Assembly (NCBI GenBank): GCA_013115125.1 | Contig: JABANN010000357.1 | Coordinates: forward strand, 1-35,842 | Direction of reading: 5' to 3' | Length of the DNA stretch: 35,842 bases | Source of the DNA: Perkinsus olseni | Lineage: Eukaryota | Shown here: piece after piece, positions 19,684-30,106 of the stretch | How the letters are laid out: every line of letters starts with the position of its first letter | Numbering within the stretch: the first letter of the stretch is position 1 | Notes under the pieces: generated by a model | Database searches by the model: none | Told to the model about the DNA's origin: nothing | Seen by the model: only the letters and a program-made list of their open reading frames with translations | Position numbers and translations under genes: made by a program

Positions 19684-21190
19684 TCACAAGTCGTGCTCCT
19701 TCCCGGTGGTGAATACTCTACAGCAGGGAGCTCCTGAGAGAACGGCAGCGTGAATCACCATGGGCGAGTCATCGAGAAGAGCCCGTTGAACCTTACAATA
19801 GTAAATATAACAGCTGTATTCCCAGTATGGTTGAGGAAACAATCTGCAAGCTGGGCGGTGAAAAGAGGGACCTGGGTGGAGCGCACCACAAGGATTTCCC
19901 AGCAGTATCTGTCGCAGTAAGCGGTCGATTCTCACCAGGTTGGTCTCCTTTATCCCAAGCCGTTTGAATCTCTCTTTGCTGGCCACACACCTCAGTCTCT
20001 GAGGTATGGCCTCCGATATCTGCACATCGAATCGGTCAGACCGACCGTTCTTATGCTTGCGACCGTGTACTCACCTTTCTGTTGAAGGAGAGGTCGAGCA
20101 TCTCTAGTTGATTGCAGTTCTCCAGGATGCTGATCACACCGTCGTCGCTCACTGATCGGCATCTGGACAGCTTCAACCGTCGAATTGGCCGTGGCAGACT
20201 TTTCGCAAGGAGCGACAAGCCTGCGAAAGGCTCAAAGCTCGAACTTCCGTACGGTCGTCTTGCACATTCACCTGCATCGTCGATTGATGTATCAGACAAG
20301 TCGAGGAACTCCAACTCGCCCAGACTCGACAGCGCCGACACCAGTGCCTCCGAGGAAGAGGACCACCTAACACGACCGTGGAGGCGACACAGTGGTCAGC
20401 CCAGTTCCAGCTCACCCGCTCAGGTTTAGCGACTTCAGACTAGTCAGCTTGCTGAGATTGTCCGGCGATGGGCACTCACCTTCCGGGTTGGACAGGTCGA
20501 GTCGCAACTGACAGACGATGTCGCTTCCTTGCAGAACAGGAGACGTCATACCAGGGATGCATGCAAGCGGTCGGCTATCATGTCAATGCCGCACTGCCCG
20601 ATCTTCCCCATGTCCAACCTCGGCAGGGAGACCTCCCCCAGGCAGGAGGGTGAGTCCCTCAACGACATGGTGATGTTGGAGATGCTCTCTGTCGTCATAC
20701 TCGAGGTGAAGCGACGGCGGAGGGCTCCTAGGGAGTTGATGGGCGGAGCCCAGCTAGTGATGGAGGTGTCCCACCAACGCGGATTGTCTTCAACTTTTTG
20801 CAGTTTCGCCGAATACCGGCGAATGTCGCATCCGCAGCAGCCAGAGGAATATCAAACAAGTCGATATGGGAGAGAACAGCACACCTACGAAATTGAGAAC
20901 ACTCAAACAGCGGCTCCGGTAGCTCAGTCGGTAGAGCGCGTGCCTTTTACGCACGTGATCGCGGGTTCGAGCCCCGCCCGGAGTGTTTCGCGCAGCTACC
21001 TCTTCATGAACATGTTAATGGCTTTCCCGGTTAACTTCCCACATCCTCTTAGACAGACCTGCGTGATATGCTTGTAATATTCACTGCTGGGCAGCTGAGC
21101 CATTCGGATGAGCATCTCAGGTAGTAGCGTGGTGAAGTCAGCGAGTACCACACGACAGACTCCACGCCGCCGACGGAAAGTCGTCAAACT
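19684..21190 (-). CDS. Leucine-rich repeat protein (RNI-like/cysteine-containing LRRs), multi-exon; 5' exons may extend to the ATG at 23118
   Basis: Spliced LRRs: ITQVCLRGCGKLT, LSHIDLFDI, CKKLKTIRVG, LLRLDLSN, LKSLNLSG, LEFLDLSDTSIDD, IRRLKLSRCRSVSDDGV, CNQLEMLDLSFN. Confidence 0.8.
20913..20985 (+). tRNA. tRNA-Lys(TTT)
   Basis: GCTCCGGTAGCTCAGTCGGTAGAGCGCGTGCCTTTTACGCACGTGATCGCGGGTTCGAGCCCCGCCCGGAGTG, 73 nt; perfect anticodon stem CGTGC/GCACG around CT-TTT-AC. Confidence 0.93.
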
Positions 21191-23118
21191 GCAAACCGCA
21201 CCGCACTCTCGGACCGGTACGTCATCTTTGACTCACACAAACTCATTGGTGATTGGCTTGTTTCCACCACCGATTATCCTCAGCTGGTTGCTGCCGTTGA
21301 AGGTTCGCACTAAATGCTCGAGGCGAGCGCAGGTGAGCCCCAGAGACCCGAAGGGAGCTGATGATCACCAGAAGTAGTGAGGACTGCGGTCAGCGCGTGA
21401 GGACCCTCGTACAGGAGTTGATTTTGATCTCTGGAGGAATGTGCTCTAATACAATCTGAAGTACTTCATCAGGCAGGCCGTTGAGCCCACGCGAGCCATC
21501 TCCCGCAGATGAAAATTCTCGCGGCTCGATGGCGCCCTGAAATGCAGATATCGGAGAGGCCCCCAAACGAAGAAGTCCTCACCTCCTCTTTCGGCTTCAA
21601 CTGACCAGACTGTGGCTGAGGTTTACTTAACCGGTGCCCCTCCGCGCTGGCTCGCCGCTTCGCTGCGTCATTCCCATCGACCTGGTCTTCTAATTTCCGT
21701 TTGACTGTTGCGGCCGATGGGGCCTTGCACTCCCGCAGCCACCGCGTGAAGTGGGCCAAATCTTCAGGAGAAGCGTCCCGGAGCATTATCTTGATAAAAT
21801 CTCATTCAACCGCAATCAACACGGGCGAGTCTTTCACCGTGTCTCCATTCCGGTGCATCAGAGTTACCTTCCCATCAGACATGAATCTGGAAGGCGACGG
21901 GCGGTTCGAGCTATCCATTCGCCAGCGTTGAGCTCACCGATCCACTAGGCGACTGAGCTCCGCCACTGGCATCGCTATCTCCCTCACAAAGCCGGTGACC
22001 TCAACCCAGCATCCCGTGGGACCCGACCTCGGACTATCTGACAAAGAGGCCAATCAAAGACGTTGTCCCTCCGATATTCCCGACACGGACCTTTCCAGAA
22101 TTTAACTTCGGATACGGAACCTGCTGAGGGGTCTCTCTTCAACTGCTTGCCCTGGGCTGTTGTGACCGAGGAGCCGCACCGGAACCTGATTGAGAGCTCA
22201 GACCTCGGAGTCCTCGGCGGAACGCAAATTAGATCATACCCGCTCTTCTTTATCTTCCTGTGACCCTCTGAGAGCCGCGTTGGCAAGGGGGCCTTTCGGG
22301 TCTCCTTCAATTTCCTCTCCATTTGGAACGACGGCGACTTGCCGCTCGTGCTTGTCGCAGTACCTTAGGCCGCAACTTAGCGCTATTCCTCCAGTCCAGG
22401 GTCAGATTGATTGAGTCCGACATCCTCCGAAGGATTTCTCGCCTTGCTTCCAGTGACAGTATGAAACAGAAGGCCCAGCAAGAAGCAGTAGGTGATCTTA
22501 ATCCCATCAGATGTCTCACGAATCCATAACTCAGAGCACCGTTACACACCTTTGGGCATCACCCTCGGCTGCTGCACCCATGTGTCCTTGACAGCTCCTC
22601 TGATCCCAGGTTGTATCACACTACTGAGAGCATTCATTTGGGACAACAACGAACCTGTCAGCAAGACTGCCGTCCTTGTCTAATGCGCATCAATTCCCAT
22701 GTAAAGAAGCAGGCAAAAATCCGTCGTGGAGATGATCGAAGGGGGAGAGGTGGAAAGACGCAAACGTTTCTGCGCTCAAGCCCCACTAGACTATTCGGCA
22801 TAGGGTGAGGCGGCCGTTACAACGACTCTTCGGAACGGACTCAAAGCCACTCAAGAACGTTACTGATCCCACCTCTGCGGAGGACCTCTCTGTTCTCCTT
22901 CCGAGCTTCCTCTTCTTGTTGCTCGGCAGCTGAAACTCACCAGTAAGGAGACTCAACGTCAAGAACGAGGTCTTATGCCCACTCATCTCTGTCAATTTCA
23001 CATCGCCTTCGTCTCCCCTCTCCTTCACGCCGATCCCCTTCCGCCGCAAGAACGCTCCCAGCCCGGGCTGCCGGGCATCAGATCCCTCCGAGGGCCGAGA
23101 GGAGGAAGAGGAGGACAT
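21190..23118 (-). CDS. Hypothetical multi-exon coding region (probable N-terminus of the LRR gene, or a separate gene)
   Basis: ATG at 23118 (MSSSSSSRPSEG...LGAFLRRKGIG) and several exon-like ORFs with splice signals. The full exon chain was not resolved. Confidence 0.4.
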
Positions 23119-23409
23119 TATCGAAGCACACGGGAGCTACACTAATGTGAGGATGTTTCAATGTTGATGTTGTTGTTGTAGTTGTAACTCAATAAGCACT
23201 GTAAACGACACTTGGGGAGTTATCCAATCTAACAGCTAGTACTCGCGTACCAGTTCATCACCTGAAGGGGGGAGCACAGCAGAGATCAACTCGTGAATCA
23301 AAGAGCAAGAAATACTACTCGAAAAAGAGATCGCACCACCATGACACTAGCTCCCTCATCGTGAAACAGTTGGGAGCAGATAACTACAGATTCGAGCTTT
23401 CCATCCGGA

Positions 23410-23995
23410 AGAGCACCACCTTCCGGTGTGTAAAGACTACTGAATCAGGCGGGTATCCTGTGGATATTATCCACCGCCCGCAGCAGGTCACTCGGCAGGC
23501 ATGTGTCAGAAACTCTCCTTTCTCATTGAGGGGCTGCAAAGGGAAGTGTGATCGCTTCCCTTCGGTAACAAAGCCGATATTCAGATGGCCACTACAAACA
23601 TCGTGAGTACACCGCCCCGAAGTCTCCGAGTCGACGACTTTATCCGTGTGATCATCAGAGGTCATCGGTGGCAGCAGACAGTATTAAACCAAGCGGCGAG
23701 GTGACCCTTCTGGTATCAACATCAACTCTTCTGCATGCTTCATTGTGCCTGACACCTCTCCGGCGGCTGCAGAGATCTCAGACAAGCAAACAAGGGGGAG
23801 CGCAGCACACCTGCCAGAAAATAAGGCCAGTTTACTCTATACCCCGGTTGCTCATCCCGCAGACTGCGGGAGCGCGCTGCACGTGCCTTGTGCCCTTCGA
23901 GTCAGCCCGTGTCGACTCGAGCCTCTTCAAGAGTGTTTCGTATCGCTACCTCTTCATGAGTATGTTGATCTTTTCCACGTTGAACTCTCCCGGGC
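23410..23995 (-). pseudogene. Decayed duplicate of part of the LRR gene, including a degenerate tRNA-Lys (+ strand, ~23842-23935)
   Basis: 23931-23991 aligns with 20981-21040 (GAGTGTTTCG....GCTACCTCTTCATGA..ATGTT). CAGCACACCT and CACCTTCCGG are colinear. CCCCGGTTGCTCA resembles the tRNA's CTCCGGTAGCTCA. Confidence 0.7.
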
Positions 23996-24249
23996 AGGCT
24001 TCTCGGAGCCGTTCAGGCAGAGTGTCGCAGTGGGATGATGATAGTTGTTCGTCAATCTCCGCGGGACCTATAATTTAGTCAATGACATTGACGGAACAAT
24101 CAGCCCCGCCATCGCATTTTCCTTCTAACGAGACCCTGGAGATGGTCCAGTGGTCAACCAAAGACGACCGTAAGGCACTCGACCCAATTCTAACTCAGGC
24201 CCAGTTGCGAAATCACCACAACAAGCATGAAATAAAAAGCTCGCTGCCA

Positions 24250-25450
24250 GTTACATCTGCGCTACAGTCACTGTAGTACAGTCACAGTGGGAAGCTGCGC
24301 CCCGGATGCATTGATGATCCATCTATCGTTGTGGCCGGATGGAGCCGACCTAGCCTTCTCGACCTCTTCAATGGCTGAGGTATCACTAAGACAACCTCGC
24401 CTCGTACGACACACTTGAGGTTCCATGTTACTGTGATAAAATTGCACCCGTCGGAGCCTCCTAGCCAGACTCCACGGTAGACTCATTCAGTTTGTAGACC
24501 GCTCCAGACGTCTACAGAGTCGTACAGTCTTCGTCAAGAGCGCAGAAGGCCTTGACGACTGCATTGAACCGGTCCTGCAGTACCTCAGCGTCCGGGATGA
24601 TTCTGCGGACGTATTTGCTCTTCTCTTCCTTGGTGAGTTTCGCAGCTTACCCTAAGGTCTCCCTGGCCGCGAGAACGGCGTTCACGTCTTCCGCGCACTC
24701 GATGAAGAAGACACGGCTCAAGTCACTGCAGAATCAGTTGTATAAACTGTGTCCATGAGATATCGCCCCGATATTATCGGTTACTATGATATGAAGAGAA
24801 TCGAAGCGAGACCTAGATCCACAGGGAGTCGGCTCATCACCGAGAATTGAATTCTCAGGACTTTCACAACGGATGAATTGAATTTCTCCACTAAGGTAAA
24901 GACTCTCTACTGAAGAGCTCGCTGAATAGCCACTCATTCTGCACCGCAACGTTACGAAATAGTCCAGCCGGCGCGAGACTCTCGCGGCGAGAGAGCACCG
25001 AGCCTCGTGAGAGGATGTTGAACTGTCCGCTTGGGGTTGACTATGGACTCCTCCGAGACCCCTCCCACTTGAAAAGTATCGCCAGTTCCACCGCACATCC
25101 ATCACAGAAATCACGGGTTGGACCGGAACCAGTTCGCTGACTCAATTGGCGCAGCGCATAACTCAGACTAGTCATACTTGTGCCGCAGACGTCCAGCCTG
25201 GACGCCCGGACGCACCCTGGACGGTCAAGGATGTATGGGAGAGAAAGTTCCGAGTATAACAGGAACGCCGGCATGCACTGCAAGACATCATTGGGTTTAC
25301 TGAAAAACGATAAACGTGTTGCTGTTGAGCACGATAGTATGTAAAGACGGCCTGGCAGGCGGGCGCGTCATCCGCTACACTTGCGGCCTCGCTTCCCGAA
25401 GCCCTTCGTACCGGGTCTCCGCTTGGCTGCACCTTCCTGAGCGCTGTGGC
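24250..25450 (-). mobile_element. Decayed DDE transposase remnant (resembles DUF6729-associated/Zisupton-like proteins)
   Basis: Ordered fragments with stops and frameshifts: AVFTYY, TSMTSLSYALRQLSQR...FCDGC, RFDSLHI...HSLYN*FCSDLSRVFF...EDV, KYVRRIIPDAEVL...F, RRGCLSD. Family assignment is from memory of motifs. Confidence 0.5.
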
Positions 25451-26367
25451 CTCGCGGTGCCCGCCGTGTGCAACTCCGGCACGCCTGTTGCCACTGTGGG
25501 AGTTTCACACGAGTAACTAGGAGAAATGTGGTTGAGCCCTACCTGAGAAGTTCACATCCCACCAGGTTTCATCCAGCCTCCGTGGTCTGAGGGACAGCGT
25601 CAGAAGCGTTGCGTAGCCGAACTCCCTGGTGCCGCTCAAAGCTCATGAAACCTAAGACGGAAAACTGAGCACCTGAACGAGGTGTCCTATGGAGCTTGTT
25701 CACTGACATAATCAGCATGCTTACTCAGGCGATGGTCCAACAGCAAATTCGAAACTTTAGGTCATAGGAGTGATAGCGCGGCACTTAATTCGCACTATAG
25801 GAGCGACCGAAGGAGGGAAGAGACGCAACACTTTCTTCGGTCAAGTCACACTTCACGATTCAGCAGTCTATTAGGCATAGGCTGCGCCTCGCGACCGTCT
25901 TGGTTCGTAAATTTAAAACAGGGATGAAGGCCATCTGTATTGCCTAAAGAATACCCAAAACGCGAGCTTTCAAATAGCATGTGGCTCGGAAGTTCAATCA
26001 GCATAGTGGTAGAGAAGTTACCCGAGTAAGAGACGCACAAAAAAGCACGAAACGGGAAGCTCCCCTCGCGTCGCAATCATCGTGAAACACCGCACGTCAG
26101 GTCGAAACAGTCACGAATGTATCTGGGAGGGCAAAAAAAATATGGCCATCATCCCATCCCTCCCATCATCCCCTCCCACGGTGGGAGTCCCACCCGCCAA
26201 ACTATCCTCCCTTGGTTACGAAGAACAACAGGATTCGGCCAGAATGAAACTTACGTGAGAACTTAAAATACCGTAATCTACCATAGAAAATATCAATTGT
26301 TATCAGTCAATTTATAACGTTCATGCGGGACGCCCAGGTAGGGCACCCTTAAGGCACCCGACCTCAG

Positions 26368-29300
26368 TCAAAGCCTCGCCGTTAAACCCAAGCTGGATCT
26401 CTCTGGTGGTCGTGGCGATGACAAGGTTCCCCTCGGGCTGCCGTCCGAATGTGTCGAACTAAGCCGTCTTCGAGTCATACCAACAATTTCTTCCTCGTTC
26501 AGAGAGGCAATGCGAGCGCTGTTTTCCGAGCCAGCGTGGTTCTCCCAGAGGCCGCCAGCACTCGCCTCAGATGAATCATCAGATGACATCCCCTCATCTC
26601 CTGACCTCCCATCTTCGACCTCGGTAACCATGGCATGCGACAGTGATAAAGATTCCCCATAAGAGCCTAACGTGAAAAGCGGCCTACCAAATCGATCAGC
26701 AGGGCGCGCGCTACCTCTATAGTCCCTCTTCTTGCTCGCTTTGCGTTCCTTATTGATGTAGTAAGTGGTCATCAGCCCCTTGCCCTTTACTTGCATCACG
26801 CCTCTACAGGTCAAGTCGAAGCTGTCTCGCACCTCGTTGGCCGTATCCTCCGAGCAGTGCACGCGCATCTCAGTGCCGTGGGATTCCATCCTGATCAAGA
26901 GTCAAGATAGATTCTTCGCAGCGCGTTACTCAAGCACGATGAAAGGTAGACGATACAACCATGAGGGATGGACGTGGTTTTTAGGGAGATTCTTTGATCT
27001 GTAAGAAATTCCCAGAAGGAACTGAATTACGCTGACGACGGTAGACTGGTGACACATAGTGAGCAGGAATTTTCGAAGCGTATTGGACGCATGACCATTC
27101 AGTGCAACGGGCCGTGGTGGAACCGTTACGTATCGAGTTCGATCCCATCATGTGACCAGTAGGGATGGCCTTCCTCACCTCGAGGCTGTGTTGACGCAGT
27201 CTCCCCAGACATCATAAATGAATTTCTTCCGGCCAATCACACCAGCGACGCAGTGGCCCGAATGGATACCAACTCGTATCCTCAGCGGGTGGCCCAGCTG
27301 ATCCACGAGGTTGCCGTCCTCCACTTTGGAAGGGTCCTGCAGGGCCTGACGATGACAAGAGCTGTAGACGCCATGGCTCACGTAGTATCGAGAGCAAACC
27401 AGGCTAATGGTTGGTTGTGGAATTTCGTGGCGCGCGACATGGGCTCTGTTCGTTGCCATCGCGATGGATAACACCGTTCGTTTAACACACAAAAACCCCG
27501 GGAATTCCCAGTCCATCAGCTAACTGATATTTGCGAGCTACTAACAGCGTCAGTATGACGAATAGACTTCTGAATGTTGCAATTAAAAAGTAATTCCTCA
27601 TTGACGGTTATCGCAGAGAAAACCACTACTTTGAAATTAGATCGAGTACGATACGACCACTACTGTAGCTCACATCGATCATCATGAGGCCCATCCTGGC
27701 CGTAGCATGGGCATGCATCGGATTGTGTCGTGGCAGACCGGCAGCAGCCATGTACGCATCGCCAATGGTTTTTATCTTCTCCAACCCGCACTCCTCCGCG
27801 ATATCGTCAAACAGCGTGAAGAGTTCATTCAGTAGTTGGACGAGTTCCTCCGGTTCGATGCTCGATCCAATAGCGGTAAACGCCACCACGTCAGAAAACA
27901 AAATCGAGACTTGGTCGTAGGCCTCCGCAAAGCCCATCGCCATCTGTCGTGTTAGTAGAGTGCCGCCTTCCGTTGGCCCTCCTTGTACTTGTCTCAGCTG
28001 ATCGTCTTGTATGTCTTTGAGTTGTTGGATGATTGGTAACGGCAATACATTCATGAGCAATCGCTCTGACCGGTCTGACTCCGTCGCAAGAGTCATCGAA
28101 AGGACATAATCCTTCCTCACCAGCAGTTCAAACATGTACCGAATCGTCGCCAAAACAGCGGTGGGAGCGACTATGATAGCGACACTCCGTAAAGGTTCGT
28201 GAAAGAAAATAGACTGCTCGAAAGGGTACGTCCCCAAGGCGATCCAACGCGCCGAGAAAAGGAAGGCCAGAAGGTAGACACTGAGGTAGAGAATGTGGAT
28301 GAACCTGAAAGCCACTATGGTAACAAATTGTATCCGGTTTGTCCATAGTGGATAGTACCACGATTCACAACGGTACTATCTACTATGGATATTTCCCAAA
28401 ACGTTTGAGATAGCACGCGGACATGTAACCGTGCGGGATCGTCGCGTCACGGCCATGCGAGAAATTCCGCCACAAAGAAACTATCGTCGAGTGAACGCGT
28501 TTGTAGGAGGCACGGCGGAGAAGGCCGCGTAGCGATAGCTTTCGGTGGCCTGTAATGCTTCAAGACCCTCGGGAACAACGGGAAATCGGCGGAGCGATGC
28601 TGTGAAAACGCCCACCTTAGTTTGAAGAGGACTATTGAGAAGGCCATAAGGACACTATAGGTGAGAGCTTCTTGTAGGGGCCAAATATAATACTTCAGAA
28701 TCTGATGAAAAACGGCAAGCATCGACACCGCGCCACGAAAATGGCATGGCAGACAATGACGAGCAACTGGAATGCCGAGGTCCTCCAAATACCAACTTTT
28801 CCCGAAATCACTATAAATCTTACCAAGGGGCTCCAGTACATCCAGAAAAGAACAGCGCTGCCAGAGAGAGCGGCCAGGAGGAGTTGAATGGGAAAGTAGT
28901 TCTCAACGAACCATAGAGAATCCGCCAGGAAGATGACCTCGATCTGAGAAGGAGAAATGTCATCCGCAGGGATCGATCCCGGGACCTACTGATAGTTTCA
29001 CGATAGCTGCAAAGAAGAATAGTGCCGTGGGCTCAGTCATGATGACACGGACGAAGGTGACGCTAGGATGGTTCGATCGGAGTATTTCATATTGAAGCCA
29101 GCAATAGAGGACAATTAGACAGGCCGTCAGAAGGAAATACCAATATGGGTACCTCCGCGCCCTCTCCGCGAAATGCACCTGAGAACAGCTAAGCCAGTAC
29201 TTTACCAGGTTTGACAGTCGAATGACCCGGGTTCGATCCTACCTGGAAGCCTTTCTCCAGAGAAGCATCATCAGCAAACTCCAGCGTAAGCCAATGCGTC

Positions 29301-30106
29301 GGCTGCCCAAAGGCCCTCCACATCGTTTCTCTTTCCAACTTCGTGTACTGAACCTGACCGACGGCAGCCACCATCAGGCCGAGGGACAATTCTTCCACTG
29401 ACCGCCCAACTCACGGCCGAAGGTCCATACTATCCCCACTCCCGATTAACATTAAATTGGGGATCCGGTAATACTTTTATGATACGCGGCCATAATCGTG
29501 CGTGAAATACTCACATTTGTCAAGTTTTACACGCACGGGCCCGCGCTCCGGCGAGGCTAGTATTTATATAAAGGAATGTCCACTAGTTGGCTAGAATTTT
29601 ATGATCAGGTTTGACTTATAAATATTGGTAAAAGATCGACATGTACCAGTACTAGCACCGCGCACTGGCAAAGGGCGGCGGCTTCGACGCGTATGGCGAG
29701 CGGTCAGGATTCCTGCAGTGCACTGGGAGTTCGAGGACGTCTCCGATACCGCATCGAAAATTAAAGGAATTTCGTGGCGCGCGAAAAAACACAGACTCAC
29801 CTCACGCCACGCCTTCGCCGATCCACTAGTTTCCGATCCAAGCATGAATCTCAGCCTCCACGGTATGAATGGCCGTATGCGGCGATACTTTCTATCGCTC
29901 AATACAGACAACCTACGACGTGAATAATACCCTCGCCAGGGATCGAACGCACGACCTTCCCTACTGAAGCTCATTCGACTTCAGGCACTCCTTCACGATA
30001 CATCTGCTTCTATACCTGATATTCCCCATGCTCCACCGTCTTGCCGGCGGCGGCTGATGGCCGGCCGTCGTTGCTGCTGCTCCGATCGGCGAGAACTAAA
30101 GACCAT
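26368..30106 (-). CDS. Membrane-bound class III nucleotidyl cyclase, probably adenylyl; multi-exon, 5' end uncertain
   Basis: [80 protein letters not shown]. Several hydrophobic TM-like exons lie upstream. The K (EKIKT) and D (YDVWG) residues are the adenine-specifying pair. Confidence 0.92.

Noticed and set aside
20529-21077. 182-aa plus-strand ORF
   Set aside because: Antisense shadow of LRR exons that runs through the tRNA-Lys gene.
23040-23118. Rad7-like identity for the LRR gene (LGAFLRRKGI resembles the Rad7 N-terminus)
   Set aside because: The similarity is too short and the exon chain to the LRRs is unresolved, so no symbol was assigned.
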